Below the pieces are notes generated by a model that saw only the letters and a list, made by a program, of their open reading frames with translations, did not search any database and had not been told where the DNA came from. From Candidatus Poribacteria bacterium (GTDB lineage: Bacteria > Poribacteria > WGA-4E > PCPOR2b), in NCBI GenBank assembly GCA_965198175.1, contig OZ240245.1, positions 3,808,001 through 3,872,000 of the forward strand: DNA of 64,000 nucleotides. The letters are read 5' to 3'. The position numbers and the translations under genes are program-made. This document shows, one piece after another, positions 48,288 to 59,897 of this stretch. The stretch's first letter is position 1, and every line of letters begins with the position of its first letter.

Positions 48288-49994
48288 TTAGTGTTTCTGC
48301 GCTTTCTGGATTTTTGCCCAAGTATCACGTAATGATACCGTCCGATTGAAAATGAGTTTTTCGCCGAAAGCGTCGCGGTCAAGACAGAAATAACCCTGCC
48401 TTAGAAACTGGTAGCGGCTTCCCGGCGCAGCGCCTGCTAAACCGGACTCAACTCGACACGAACTCAATATCGTCAACGAATTTGGATTCAAGTTGGCTTT
48501 GAAATCATCCCCATCTTCCACATCGTCCGGGTTGGGTTTTATAAAGAGATTATCGTACAAGCGGACCTCAGCTTCAAGCGAATGTGGTGCCGAAACCCAG
48601 TGCAACGTACCTCTAACCTTACGCCCATCTTCTGACCACCCGCCCCGTGTCTCAGGATCGTATGTACAATGCAGCTCAACCGCTTCGCCATTTCCATCCT
48701 TAACTACCCGATCGCACTTAATATAGTACGCATGTTTCAGCCGGACTTCACGCCCCGGCGCCAAACGGAAGTATTTCTTCGGCGGGTCTTCCATGAAGTC
48801 TTCCTGTTCGATATAGAGTTCGCGTGAAAAGGGAATCTTTCGTGTTCCGGCGCTGGGGTCCTCCGGATTGTTGTCAGCATCTAACTCCTCCACTTTGCCC
48901 TCTGGGTAGTTGTCAATGATTACTTTAAGCGGCGATAACACCGCCATCACACGCGGCGCGCGTTTGTTCAAGTCTTGGCGAACGCAGTACTCAAGCAAGG
49001 CGATGTCAACCAAATTATCGGCTTTGGCGATGCCAATCCGATTACAGAAATCTCGAATCGACTCCGGCGTGTAGCCGCGCCGGCGCAATCCGCACAGCGT
49101 GGGCATCCGCGGATCGTCCCAACCGTTGACATGGCCTTCTTCAACCAATTGGATTAACTTTCGCTTGCCGAGTACAGTATAGCTGACATTCAGGCGAGCG
49201 AACTCGATTTGCTGCGGATGATAGATGTCTAGCTGGTCGAGAAACCAGTCGTACAAGGGACGATTGTTTTCAAATTCCAGTGAACAGAGCGAATGTGTGA
49301 TGCCTTCGATAGAATCAGAGATGCAATGCGTAAAGTCGTACATGGGATAAATGCACCACCTATCGCCCGTCTCATGATGGGACGCGTATAGTATGCGGTA
49401 CATGACCGGATCCCGCATGATCAAATTCGGAGATGACATATCAATTTTTGCTCGAAGTGTGCTGGAGCCTTCCTCAAATTCGCCAGCACGCATACGCTCA
49501 AATAGGTCGAGGTTCTCTTCGACGGAACGGTTGCGGTAAGGGCTTTCCAACCCCGGCTCAGTCAAGGTGCCGCGATACTCTCCGTACCGAATCTCCTCCG
49601 GACTCAAGTCGCAGACATACGCTGCCCCTTTTTCGATTAGCTGTACGGCGTATCCATAGAGTTGCTCAAAGTAGTCAGATGCATTGAATTCCCGATTCGC
49701 CCAATCGAAGCCAAGCCATCGAATGTCATCTCTAATTGATTCCACATATTCAACATCTTCCTTGGTGGGGTTGGTGTCATCGAATCGTAGATTGTAAAGT
49801 CCGTCGTAATCTTCGGCAATACCGAAATTGATACATATGGCTTTGGCGCTGCCAAGATGGATATAGCCGTTGGGTTCCGGCGGGAATCGTGTATGAACCC
49901 GTCCACCGTACTTATTTGTCCTCAAGTCCTCATTGATAATCTGTCGGATGAAGTCGGTGGGTTGTGTAGAATCGGTCGATATCGTATTCGACAT
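48288..49994 (-). CDS. glnS: Glutamine--tRNA ligase
   Basis: [48 protein letters not shown]. Confidence 0.96.
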   Translation of the reverse strand: MSNTISTDSTQPTDFIRQIINEDLRTNKYGGRVHTRFPPEPNGYIHLGSAKAICINFGIAEDYDGLYNLRFDDTNPTKEDVEYVESIRDDIRWLGFDWANREFNASDYFEQLYGYAVQLIEKGAAYVCDLSPEEIRYGEYRGTLTEPGLESPYRNRSVEENLDLFERMRAGEFEEGSSTLRAKIDMSSPNLIMRDPVMYRILYASHHETGDRWCIYPMYDFTHCISDSIEGITHSLCSLEFENNRPLYDWFLDQLDIYHPQQIEFARLNVSYTVLGKRKLIQLVEEGHVNGWDDPRMPTLCGLRRRGYTPESIRDFCNRIGIAKADNLVDIALLEYCVRQDLNKRAPRVMAVLSPLKVIIDNYPEGKVEELDADNNPEDPSAGTRKIPFSRELYIEQEDFMEDPPKKYFRLAPGREVRLKHAYYIKCDRVVKDGNGEAVELHCTYDPETRGGWSEDGRKVRGTLHWVSAPHSLEAEVRLYDNLFIKPNPDDVEDGDDFKANLNPNSLTILSSCRVESGLAGAAPGSRYQFLRQGYFCLDRDAFGEKLIFNRTVSLRDTWAKIQKAQKH

Positions 49995-50159
49995 CTTCTC
50001 TTCTTTTCTCTGTTCAGTTATTGTCATGGTGTGCAACCAGAAATGTCAACGTGTGAGACACGCACGTTCCCGGGATACAGCGGACCTGTGGAAAAACTCA
50101 TATTCTTGAGGATTCCGTATCGCCTAGCTCGCGCTCTAGTCCTAAGTGTCATTTCAATC

Positions 50160-51041
50160 TCAATCTGATTGGGGTTGATTCGACTGAAGCAACTTTATAA
50201 CTTTCTGTTCACTTGCTTTTTTGCTAGTATCTGAGGTTTCCCGCTCAAGCTGATCGAGATTTTCCATCGCTTCGGCGGTGCCAATCCTTCGCAGCGCAGC
50301 AGCGGCTGTAATTCGCACTTCGGCGCATCTATGATGGAGGTGGGTTTTTAGCGCCTCGACCAATTCCGGCTCAGAGTGCGTATGCGCAGCTTTCGTTGCG
50401 TTCATGTGGATACAGCGTCGATAGTCCTTGCTGCCCAACGCCGCGTGAAACAGCTTGTGATTCATAAAGATTACATCCCCCGGCTCGTTCGCAATCGGAT
50501 ACCGGCCCGGCACGTTCTCCGGACGCATATTCAATGACCGGATAGCATTCAAAATTTGCCCGTCCCGATCACGCCCCAACGCCTGTCGATACGCCGAAAA
50601 GTGGCTTCCCGGAATCACGTTCAGACATCCATCTTCACTTCCGAGATGATCCAGATAGATGTGAGCTCTCATTGTGAAGAAGCCGTCCGGAGCAATGTTG
50701 TCGTGGTGCCATGCAGTATCGGTCGCATGTAGAATACCTTCGGTTGCGGGTAGGATGAAATCGTCCCCGAGTAGATGTCTGAAGATGTCGACAAATTTTT
50801 GATCGGTCAATAGGGGATAGAACACATCAGGATTGAGGCCGAAGAATGGGACAAACGGATCAATCAAGCAATTAACTTGTTGCCTCTGTTGACCAAGTTC
50901 GGGCGGCGGTGCGCCATTACGTGCCGCCTTCATCGCCGCGTCGAAGGCATCTGAAAGCACCCGCGTCTCGTGTGGTGAGAAAAACCCCTTGCAATGGATA
51001 AAGCCGAGCGTCTGAAAGTGGTGGATAAGCGCTTGATTCAT
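50160..51041 (-). CDS. PhyH-family Fe/2OG dioxygenase with a C-terminal HEAT-like repeat
   Basis: WHHD, CLNVIPGSH, PGDVIFMNHKLFHA, then EVRITAAAALRRIG. Confidence 0.8.
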   Translation of the reverse strand: MNQALIHHFQTLGFIHCKGFFSPHETRVLSDAFDAAMKAARNGAPPPELGQQRQQVNCLIDPFVPFFGLNPDVFYPLLTDQKFVDIFRHLLGDDFILPATEGILHATDTAWHHDNIAPDGFFTMRAHIYLDHLGSEDGCLNVIPGSHFSAYRQALGRDRDGQILNAIRSLNMRPENVPGRYPIANEPGDVIFMNHKLFHAALGSKDYRRCIHMNATKAAHTHSEPELVEALKTHLHHRCAEVRITAAAALRRIGTAEAMENLDQLERETSDTSKKASEQKVIKLLQSNQPQSD

Positions 51042-51065
51042 AGATGGGTTCCTCAATAGTATTTT

Positions 51066-51461
51066 TTAATCGTACTTAATTAGCTGAATTTTGAGCTTGT
51101 TCGGCGTAAACAGATGCGCCAATCTACAGCCGCTTGAATGGATCTTTTTGAATTGGAAATTCCCTTCAGCGACATCAGTTGGCTCGTCACCGACTTCCAG
51201 ACCCTGCGACTTGAGCATGTTGAATGCCATATCCACATCGTCCACTTCAAAAGTGATGTGGTCCAGTTCACCGGATTTACCATCAGGTTTCAGGATTAAC
51301 TCTAACCTGTGACCTGTGTGGACATCTTCAACAAAAGCAACCTCTTGAATCTCTCCCACTCCCGGATGACGAAGGACAAACTTCATCCCAAGCAACTCGC
51401 AGAAGGTCTCCAAAGCCTTGTCCATATCGTTGACGATGATTGCGTGGTGGTGCAGCCGCAT
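51066..51461 (-). CDS. VOC/glyoxalase family protein
   Basis: LHHHAIIVNDMDKA..F..LLG, LELI, LDHITFEVDD. Confidence 0.85.
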   Translation of the reverse strand: MRLHHHAIIVNDMDKALETFCELLGMKFVLRHPGVGEIQEVAFVEDVHTGHRLELILKPDGKSGELDHITFEVDDVDMAFNMLKSQGLEVGDEPTDVAEGNFQFKKIHSSGCRLAHLFTPNKLKIQLIKYD

Positions 51462-51608
51462 ATATAATACCCTCCATTGTTATTATATCATGATTACAAA
51501 ATAGTTGACAGTTTAAACGTCGGATAAGTGAAACGCCGCGATCGACATTTTTTAAGTTTTCTGAAGATGGTGGTGAATTTACCCGTTGAGCTGACGTCAA
51601 GAGTCCCC

Positions 51609-51682
51609 GTAGGTTGGGTTGTGCAGGCTCGCGAAACCCAACCTACAACCTCCCCTAACCCCTCCTTAGTAAGGAGGGGAAT
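51609..51682. repeat. Minimal GTAG REP hairpin plus a second palindromic unit
   Basis: GTAGGTTGGGTT-N14-AACCCAACCTAC, then CCCCTAACCCCTCCTTAGTAAGGAGGGG. Confidence 0.8.
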
Positions 51683-52044
51683 GATTATTCATTGAACCGA
51701 CAAGGTGCCTCCACTGTGGGAGAATCATCTAAAACTATCGCGCTCCCTATTCGGTCGCTTGATTCTCGACAATCGGGAGAAAAATCGCCCGCTCACAGTG
51801 CGGCTCCGTGCGACTTTGCGGACTTGTAGGTAATTGGAAGTTGATAATGGGGGTTGGTACCCATTTGATCAGATTGAAGATGGGGTTTTGTTTTTAGTTG
51901 CAGTGGCTATAGATAAAGTCAGGGACTATTGAAAGGAATACTTATCGGGAGAGATATAAGTGGTGCGGTAAGTAATACATCGTGCGGGAACCGCGCTTAG
52001 GGTGGGCTTTGATACATCGGTGGGTATTCAAAAAAATAGTCTTC

Positions 52045-52082
52045 GTTGGTTGGGTTGAGTGGGCTCGCGAAACCTAACCTAC
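52045..52082. repeat. Degenerate GTAG REP hairpin
   Basis: GTTGGTTGGGTTGAGTGGGCTCGCGAAACCTAACCTAC. Confidence 0.7.
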
Positions 52083-52124
52083 GAAAACTGAATCAATCTC
52101 AAATGTTTTCAACGGACTGAGTTA

Positions 52125-53441
52125 TCAAGGCTTTTCATGTGAATGCCGCGGCACGCTCTTGTGCTCTGGGGACATTTCCCTAAACTGGCGAAGTCCTTCC
52201 TCGGCGCCGTATTCATCCAATAACTGTTGCGCCTTTGAAAACTGCTCTGGCGATAACCGCTCCTTGAGTTCCGCTTTGACGATTTCTGGAGTCAGGCTGT
52301 CCGGTATTGGCGGGACCTCTTCCATCGCGACGCTGTTCTCAACATCAGGAGTCCGATTAACTCGACGGGTCGGTTTTGGTTGTTCCGGCAGGACTTTTAG
52401 GGTAGGCGACGGTTCATCAATGCTTCCCTCAGAAGCCTTCTCTACATCTGCCAACACAGACTCCCAAAAACCATCATTGTCAAATTGTGAACGACCTTCC
52501 GGAAGTGCATGTCCATATTCAGCATCCGGTTTAATCGTCACGTTTACGGGAGGGGAATCGGACACCGTTGGTTTTGGTCCCAGCGGATCTAACAAACCTG
52601 CACGATGTTTTTTTTCTTCCAGTAATGCCGCATGAATTGATAACCTAGTCTCAATCTGTTTTTTTTCTGCATCAGTTAATGACGCATCCAATTCACCCGC
52701 CGCTATCTTTGCCTCAACCTCATCCATTGAGACGTCCAAATCTAGAGTCAGTCGAAACTTTTTAAAATATTCATTACGCTCGTACTCGTCTAATGTATAA
52801 TACTCTTCCGGCATCGTATACTCAACACCGTCTTTTATGAACTTAAACTCTTCCGACCGCTTCGCTTTCACTTGATCCATCGAAAATCCCCAAGGATGGC
52901 TCCGCGTAATTAAGTCTGACCGCAAGATGGCATCGCCATCTTTAATCGGGTCGTCTTTGTCGACAGCCACCGTGCCTATTTGTCCGTCAGGGGTTATAAC
53001 CTTTTGTAACACTTTTCCCTCATTCTGTTGGCGTAGCAACTCCGTCCTTTTTATTTCTTTCTCTATGTACGGGGTAAGTTTGCCATACACCATCCACTCA
53101 GCACTTTCCAATTCGTCTCTGCTCATGGGCATTGGCGCTATGACATCCTTTACATGAAGACTCATCCCATCAATCTCAAAGCTACGGCCCTCGTGCCCTG
53201 CAGATTGATTATGCCCATGTGGCGGTGTCGTCGTTAGCGCATCGCCCTCTCGTTCATGCGCATGGTTATCTAAAGAACGCGAGTGGCGAGCGCCAACAGA
53301 CGGATTAACCGCTCGAGCATCCGCGAGCAATTCGTCAAGTTCAACCTGACCTTTGTAAGCCCTTATACCGATATAAAAAATAGATAGAACCGCAACAATA
53401 CATACAGCAATTAAATATGGTTTTATACGACGATTAACCAT
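52125..53441 (-). CDS. Membrane-anchored hypothetical protein
   Basis: SD GAGGAGG, N-terminal TM, His-rich linker, C-terminal ...LSPEQFSKAQQLLDEYGAEEGLRQFRE. Confidence 0.8.
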   Translation of the reverse strand: MVNRRIKPYLIAVCIVAVLSIFYIGIRAYKGQVELDELLADARAVNPSVGARHSRSLDNHAHEREGDALTTTPPHGHNQSAGHEGRSFEIDGMSLHVKDVIAPMPMSRDELESAEWMVYGKLTPYIEKEIKRTELLRQQNEGKVLQKVITPDGQIGTVAVDKDDPIKDGDAILRSDLITRSHPWGFSMDQVKAKRSEEFKFIKDGVEYTMPEEYYTLDEYERNEYFKKFRLTLDLDVSMDEVEAKIAAGELDASLTDAEKKQIETRLSIHAALLEEKKHRAGLLDPLGPKPTVSDSPPVNVTIKPDAEYGHALPEGRSQFDNDGFWESVLADVEKASEGSIDEPSPTLKVLPEQPKPTRRVNRTPDVENSVAMEEVPPIPDSLTPEIVKAELKERLSPEQFSKAQQLLDEYGAEEGLRQFREMSPEHKSVPRHSHEKP

Positions 53442-53862
53442 TCATGTTCCTCCTCAGTTCTATATGGTATGCGTTTCCTAACTAGTATTACACAATACTA
53501 CAACCCAAGAATAAATGGTATTTATTGATGTATGAGTATGGCAATCACTATAATTTGTCTGCCACAGGTATCAATGCTCATAAAACTCTTGCTTTGTTAT
53601 TTTCTCAGAATGCAACTGCCTCGAGTGCCAACTAGGGGATGAATTGGAACAATTCGAACAGTTAGTATATGCTGAATCATATAGCGACCAGACCTTAGTT
53701 TCAGTCAATGTGCTTGTCATATAAATTCTATGAATCTTGATGGCGCATGTATCGCTAGAATGATTTGCTTCGGCTGTCTCTGCCTGAAACGTCGTATGCA
53801 ACCCAAACATGATGGCCATGGTTACAACGATAAGAACCCTTGCGGTCAATTTTTGATTTATA

Positions 53863-54906
53863 TAGGAGTTACGCAGTTGAGAGCAAATAGGTTATAATTT
53901 GAGCATGAATCCATCGAAATATAATGACATTGACTATATCAATTTCTTGGTTGGCACTCAGAAAAGTTACAGTTGTCTTGAGGCAGAAAAGGTTCAACCC
54001 CAAACTGATGACTCACCGGCTCATGATTCGATAACCAGACTTTTGCATCGAGATGAACCCGATACCGGCAAACTGTGGCACGAATCAAAAAGTCAGGTGA
54101 AATTGAAATCAGGAATTCTAGTTATAGATGATTCGACCCTAGATAAACCTTATTCCCAAAAGATTGACCTAGTGACAAAACACTGGTCGGGGAAACACCA
54201 TCGAGTTGTGCATGGCATTAACCTAATCACTTTGCTTTGGACGAATGGCGATAGACATATTCCATGTGATTATCGAATCTATAACAAAGCCAAGGACGGC
54301 TTGACGAAAAATGACCATTTCCGTGCAATGCTGACGGAAGCGAAGAACCGTGGCTTTGTTCCCGAATGTCTTTGCTTTGATAGTTGGTATGCTAGCCTAG
54401 AGAATCTAAAAGCCGTCCGAGATTATGGTTGGAGATGGCTGACTCGTCTAGCTGCCAACCGACGGGTCAGTAAAGATTATTCCGGTAATCGTCCTGTAAG
54501 TACAGTGCCGATTGAATCAACGGGTACGATTGTTCATCTTAAGGGTTATGGATTGATTTTGGTATTCAAGGTGGACACTCCAGAAGGTGACATTGAATAT
54601 TGGGCAACGAACGACTTACACATGAACGAGTTAACACGTCTCAAATATACGGAATGGTCTTGGGCAATAGAAGAATATCATCGTGGCATTAAGCAATTCG
54701 TTGGCGTCGAACGGGCACAAGTGCGGTCGACTCGCACTCAAAGCAATCATATCGGTTTAGCGCTGAGAGCCTTTCTGAGAATTGAGCATTACTGTTATCA
54801 TACCGGCACCAGTTGGTTTGAAGCAAAACTCTCAATTGTCAGAAAGGCTGTCCGTGATTATTTGGTGCAGCCTCTTTTTACGCTTCAACCAAATGCGTAA
54901 CTCCTA
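53863..54906 (+). mobile_element. IS701-family insertion sequence (~1044 bp)
   Basis: TIRs TAGGAGTTACGCA / TGCGTAACTCCTA; flanking direct repeat TTATA (or TAT with 14-bp TIRs). Confidence 0.9.
53899..54900 (+). CDS. IS701-family DDE transposase
   Basis: HDSITR, LVIDDSTLDKPYS, WSGKH, FDSWY, WAIEEYHRGIKQ; stop codon lies inside the right TIR. Confidence 0.92.
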   Translation: MSMNPSKYNDIDYINFLVGTQKSYSCLEAEKVQPQTDDSPAHDSITRLLHRDEPDTGKLWHESKSQVKLKSGILVIDDSTLDKPYSQKIDLVTKHWSGKHHRVVHGINLITLLWTNGDRHIPCDYRIYNKAKDGLTKNDHFRAMLTEAKNRGFVPECLCFDSWYASLENLKAVRDYGWRWLTRLAANRRVSKDYSGNRPVSTVPIESTGTIVHLKGYGLILVFKVDTPEGDIEYWATNDLHMNELTRLKYTEWSWAIEEYHRGIKQFVGVERAQVRSTRTQSNHIGLALRAFLRIEHYCYHTGTSWFEAKLSIVRKAVRDYLVQPLFTLQPNA

Positions 54907-55008
54907 TTATATTCATTATTATGAACTCCTTATCGAAATTTTGTCAAGAAAAATAGATTGATGGACAATAGCAACCCGGTTACCGTTTTCACAAATACTA
55001 TACAAGTG

Positions 55009-55645
55009 TTACTCATCCCCTGATTTTCCCGGAGCCTTGCTATGACTGGGTTTGTTGGGGTTGGCAACTTCAGGTTCACAAATCAGCATTTTCACCTTAT
55101 TGCGCGCACGAGACAACCGCTTTTTCACAGCATTTTCGGTAATACCCAACGCTTGGGCAATCTCTTTGCACAGCATGCCTTCCACTCGCAGGAGTAGCGC
55201 TAATCGATTCCGGGCGGAAAGTTGCTCGATTGCTTCGAGAACCCTTTCTTCCAAATTGCGGTTCTCTACGCGTTGCTCAACCTTCCGGTGCTCAATAACC
55301 GCCGCAACTTCAAGCGGTTCCACCTCGCGAGCAACCTGAGACAGCGATATGAACTCAATCTGTTTCTGGCGTTCTCGCTGCATACCCGCATCGAGTTGAG
55401 ATGCGATGCTGAACATCCAACTTGCGAATTTGTCGCTGCTCTTGAGTCTTTCGAGATTCTCGGAGGCCCTGAGAAAGGTGTCTTGGACAAGGGTTTGCGC
55501 ATCCTCACGGTCGCCCATTCGCTTGTAAGCATACGCCAACAAGCGGGCACTGTACCGGTCATGAAGCGACGTGAAGGCGTTTTCATCACCTTCTAGGGTC
55601 CGGTGTGTGAACTAATTGCGCGTCACTTATCCCGTCAAGTCCCAT
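55009..55645 (-). pseudogene. ECF sigma factor, frameshifted near the N-terminus
   Basis: MGLDGISDAQLVH / extra bases in a CACACAC tract (55603-55609) / RTLEGDENAFTSLHDRY...DAQTLVQDTFLRA...FASWMFSIA...EIAQALGITENAVKKRLSRAR. Confidence 0.85.
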
Positions 55646-56092
55646 TTTGCTCTCCGACTGATAGGGTCCGGTCAAAGGGATTTGGAGAAGTTTACACCAC
55701 TTATAAGAATGCAATCTGGTCGAAAAAGCGACAAAACAAATCAACTTTTTTAGGGCTTCCCAGAGCACACATCCTGCAACACCCAACGAAACAATTCGAG
55801 GCACAGCCATAAATCGCTATGCTGAAGAATGAGGATAAGTTCATCTGAATCCACCACTGTTCAACAATAAGCCCTGAATTATATTCATCCTCATGTTAAG
55901 TTCTGGTGTGAAAAAGCTTGAACTTGAGAAGCAAATGAACCATCCATGGATGAATCTGATTCGATATGACTTGAATCTGTATGTTCGGTAAGTTATCATA
56001 ATTATATAACTTCTGGCGCGAGATTTGAAGACCGGACAAAAATTGATTCGGGGCTCCACACTCTTGATGACTTTATGAGGAGGTTGCTAAAA

Positions 56093-56929
56093 ATGAACAC
56101 CCTAAAGACCGGAGTACTGCTGACTGCCTTAACGGTTCTTTTGATGATGATTGGGAGTTTCTTTGGTGAAGGCGGTTTAATCATCGCCTTAATGGTAGCT
56201 GTTTTCATGAACATCGGTTCGTATTGGTTTAGCGATAGGATAGTTCTAACGATGTATAAAGCGCAGGAGGTCGACTCGAGCAGCGAGTTGTACCGAATTG
56301 TGCATGCACAAGCGCAGAAGGCTGGCTTGCCGATGCCGCGCGTCTATGTGATTCCAATCGATTCGCCTAACGCTTTTGCAACAGGCAGAAATCCGAATCA
56401 TGCGGCGGTGGCTGCAACGCAAGGAATCATGCGTTTGTTGTCCCGAGAAGAGCTCGCCGGTGTCATTGGGCACGAGCTCGCGCACATTAAACACCGCGAT
56501 ATCCTGATTTGCAGTGTTGTTGCAATGATGGCTGGGGCGATTATGATGTTGGCGTACATGGCACAGTGGGCTGCAATTTTCGCCGGCTTAAGGGGCGATG
56601 ACGAAGAGGACGGCAGCGGCGGTATATTTGGTGTTCTTTTCATGATTATTGTGGCGCCAATTGCTGCGACGATCATCCAACTCGCCATTTCCCGTTCTCG
56701 CGAATATGCTGCGGATCGAGGCGGCGCGGAGATTTGCGGGAATCCGAATGCACTCGCACACGCCCTTCGCAAACTTGAGCGCGGTGTCGAAATGTCGCCA
56801 ATGCAAACAAACGCCGCCACTTCCCACCTTTTCATTGCGAATCCACTGCGCGGCGGGTTCGCAAAGCTCTTCAGCACCCATCCGCCAATGGAGGAACGCA
56901 TTCGCCGCCTTGAGGCGATCAGGCAATAA
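56093..56929 (+). CDS. htpX: Zinc metalloprotease HtpX
   Basis: [30 protein letters not shown]. Confidence 0.95.
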   Translation: MNTLKTGVLLTALTVLLMMIGSFFGEGGLIIALMVAVFMNIGSYWFSDRIVLTMYKAQEVDSSSELYRIVHAQAQKAGLPMPRVYVIPIDSPNAFATGRNPNHAAVAATQGIMRLLSREELAGVIGHELAHIKHRDILICSVVAMMAGAIMMLAYMAQWAAIFAGLRGDDEEDGSGGIFGVLFMIIVAPIAATIIQLAISRSREYAADRGGAEICGNPNALAHALRKLERGVEMSPMQTNAATSHLFIANPLRGGFAKLFSTHPPMEERIRRLEAIRQ

Positions 56930-56963
56930 TTTCACTGCTGCGTGAAGAAACGGAGGAGTTGTT

Positions 56964-59708
56964 ATGCTTTTGAATGTACTCCGATTGTGTAAATTTTGTC
57001 TTAACCCGATCCGAATTTCATTCGTATTAATCTTTGTAATTATTGCGATTGATAGATTTGGCGGCGTGCTTCATGCCGTGGATGAGCACGCATCTGAACA
57101 CCAACTCAAAAACGCGGACGGAACGTGGAAATGGACAAATGCCTTAATCCACGAGACAAGCCCCTACCTGCTTTTGCACACCCATAACCCGGTGGAATGG
57201 TATCCTTGGGGTCCTGAAGCGCTGGAACGGGCGAAAGCAGAAAATAAGCCGATTTTTCTCTCAGTTGGCTACTCAACATGTTATTGGTGTCATGTTATGG
57301 AGCGGAAAGTCTTCTCAAATCCGAAAATTGCCGAACTAATGAATCAGTGGTTTATTAACATCAAGGTAGATCGAGAGGAACGTCCGGATATTGATGAAAT
57401 CTACATGACAGCAACCCAAATCATGACACAGCACGGTGGTTGGCCGAACTCTGTCTTTTTGACGCCGGATCTGCTGCCTTTCTTTGCAGGCACCTACTTC
57501 CCACCGGAGGACAGCGTCGGTCGCCCCGGTTTTCCGCGCATCCTACGAGGTGTTCATGATGCGTGGGTGAATCAACGAAAATTGGTTGTTGAACGATCGA
57601 AACAGATTACTGCGGTCATCAGACAAGCAACAAGTGAAGGTATAATCAACGCAGATGACATACTGATTGATCGGCAACTGGTTGAATCTGCCGTAGATTA
57701 TCTCACGGAAAGGTACAGCGCAGACTACGGCGGCTTCGGCGATGCGCCGAAATTTCCCAGCCCAACTAATCTTGAATTCTTGCTGAGTGAATTTCAACGT
57801 CGGACTAAAACACCGATTCGCATTGATTCGCAATTCGCGAGTGATTTGGATGAGGGTAAGCTTCCGAAGGGTTTACGACACACGCTTGAAAATGCAGATA
57901 TATCACTTTCTGAAAATGTTGTGGTTTCGGTTAAAGAGAAAGGCGCCGGGTGGTTAATCACCGATGTTGCCAACAAACAGGCTTACTCTGTTAAGAAGGA
58001 TCGAGATGAGCTAAAGATTTATAAATCTGCAGATGCGCTTCTGAAGATGATTTCCCATACCCTTGATATGATGGCATACGGCGGGATTTACGATCAGATA
58101 GGCGGCGGATTCCACCGGTATTCGGTCGATGCGAAATGGCTTGTTCCACACTTTGAAAAGATGCTCTATGACAACGCACAACTGGCAAAAGTTTACTTGC
58201 ATACATATCAGCTGACGAAGGAGCCGCTCTATCGATCTATCGCTGAAGAGATTTTCGAGTTCGTCTTCCGGGAGATGACATCGACCCAGGGAGGTTTCTA
58301 CTCCGCACTCGACGCGGAAGTGGATGCGGAGGAAGGCAAATACTACGTTTGGACAAAGGCGGAGATTCAAAAGATTCTTGGAAAGAAGAAGGCTAAGCTG
58401 TTCGCAAAGGTCTACGGTGTAGACAAGGGACCTAATTTTGAGAGTGAGACCAATATACTGTATCTACCTTCCCCGATTGCGAGTGTAGCAAAGGCTGAAA
58501 AGAAGTCCGAGGACATAATCCGCAGGCAGCTTGACCCGCTCAAGAAGAAGTTGTTAGCGGCGCGCGAGAAACGGAAGCCTCCATTGCTCGACACGAAAGT
58601 GATAACTAGCTGGAACGGTTTGATGATTGATGCGCTCGCTTACGGCTATGAAGTCTTGGGCGATCCTAGCTATCGTGACGCCGCGCAGAAGGCAGCGGAA
58701 TTTATCTTAAAGCACCTGCGAAAATCCGATGGACAGTTGATGAGGACCTACAAAGACGACATTGCCAAATATGATGGCTATCTTGATGATTACGCCTTCC
58801 TCGTTCGCGGCATGCTTGGATTGTATCACGCAACCGGTGAAGATCGTTGGCTAAAGGAAGCGCAATCTCTGACTAATACCATGATTCGACTACTCTGGGA
58901 TAACGAAGACGGCGGGTTTTACTTCACCCTCGCCGATCAGGAATATCTGGTGGTTCGCACCAAAAATCCTTATGATTCTGCACTTCCTTCGGGAAACGCT
59001 GTGGCTATCAACAACTTACTTACTCTCACCCGCATTAGCGGTGAAAAGGACTATCTCGACAAAGCTCAGAAAAGCCTTCGGAACTTCGCTAGCGTGATGC
59101 AGCAATCGCCCGGGGGTTTTATGCACATGCTTCTCGCCGCCAACCATTATCTCTCGACAGATTGGATCGAAGCTACAGAAGCGGAGGAAGAACAACACGC
59201 TGAATTTGCTTTGAAGTTGAAGGAAGAAAGTGGAATTAACCCCTTTTCTCCGCCGAAAGCCCTAAGCGGCAAGGAAATTGCCCTACCATCGGGAGACGAG
59301 GTTGTGAAAATCTCAGTATCAATATTATCGAAAGAGCGGATTTCCCTCCAACGCCCGTTTGATATCGAAGTTCAACTAGAGATTGACGAAGGCTGGCACA
59401 TTAATGCCAATCCAGCGTCAGACGATTTTCTCATTCCCTCCACTGTGTCGGTCAGTCCAGACGCGACCGTTCAAGTCCTCTCGATAAAGTATCCCAAAGG
59501 AAAACTACTAGACCTTAGCTTCAGCGACCAGCCCTTATCTGTCTATGAAGGGGTACTCACAATTCAGATGCAACTGCAATTGAAACCAGGAGTTTCTCGT
59601 GAAGAAGCGTTTCCCGTGAATCTGAATCTTGAGTATCAGGCGTGCGACGATCAGCGTTGTCTGCCGCCGTCAACGAATACGATCCAGCTTACGTTGAACA
59701 ATCGCTAG
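56964..59708 (+). CDS. YyaL/SSP411-like thioredoxin + six-hairpin protein with a C-terminal DsbD-N-like domain
   Basis: [40 protein letters not shown]-terminal GWHINAN...[12 protein letters not shown]. Confidence 0.9.
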   Translation: MLLNVLRLCKFCLNPIRISFVLIFVIIAIDRFGGVLHAVDEHASEHQLKNADGTWKWTNALIHETSPYLLLHTHNPVEWYPWGPEALERAKAENKPIFLSVGYSTCYWCHVMERKVFSNPKIAELMNQWFINIKVDREERPDIDEIYMTATQIMTQHGGWPNSVFLTPDLLPFFAGTYFPPEDSVGRPGFPRILRGVHDAWVNQRKLVVERSKQITAVIRQATSEGIINADDILIDRQLVESAVDYLTERYSADYGGFGDAPKFPSPTNLEFLLSEFQRRTKTPIRIDSQFASDLDEGKLPKGLRHTLENADISLSENVVVSVKEKGAGWLITDVANKQAYSVKKDRDELKIYKSADALLKMISHTLDMMAYGGIYDQIGGGFHRYSVDAKWLVPHFEKMLYDNAQLAKVYLHTYQLTKEPLYRSIAEEIFEFVFREMTSTQGGFYSALDAEVDAEEGKYYVWTKAEIQKILGKKKAKLFAKVYGVDKGPNFESETNILYLPSPIASVAKAEKKSEDIIRRQLDPLKKKLLAAREKRKPPLLDTKVITSWNGLMIDALAYGYEVLGDPSYRDAAQKAAEFILKHLRKSDGQLMRTYKDDIAKYDGYLDDYAFLVRGMLGLYHATGEDRWLKEAQSLTNTMIRLLWDNEDGGFYFTLADQEYLVVRTKNPYDSALPSGNAVAINNLLTLTRISGEKDYLDKAQKSLRNFASVMQQSPGGFMHMLLAANHYLSTDWIEATEAEEEQHAEFALKLKEESGINPFSPPKALSGKEIALPSGDEVVKISVSILSKERISLQRPFDIEVQLEIDEGWHINANPASDDFLIPSTVSVSPDATVQVLSIKYPKGKLLDLSFSDQPLSVYEGVLTIQMQLQLKPGVSREEAFPVNLNLEYQACDDQRCLPPSTNTIQLTLNNR

Positions 59709-59897
59709 CAACTAGACCAGACATCTACCCAACCCTCGTTTAAGCTGGAAAATGTCTATAACCCGTAGTGAATCTTTCCTGTAAATTCTCAAAGGCTTCT
59801 CCGATTCCCATATGCGGGGTAACATTTACGATGACATCCAACACAAGCAGTCAGAATGGTTGTTATTGAAAGAAAATGAGATGATAGGTAGAGGACC

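Larger units (their letters stand above)
53478..54916 (-). pseudogene. Small secreted Cys/His-rich protein, IS-interrupted at about codon 3 and carrying an in-frame TGA
   Basis: Removing the IS and one TSD restores AAGGAG..ATG AAT ATA AAT CAA AAA TTG ACC (MNINQKLTARV...). After TGA 53571-53573 the frame continues YLWQTNYSDCHTH...LCNTS*. Confidence 0.75.
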
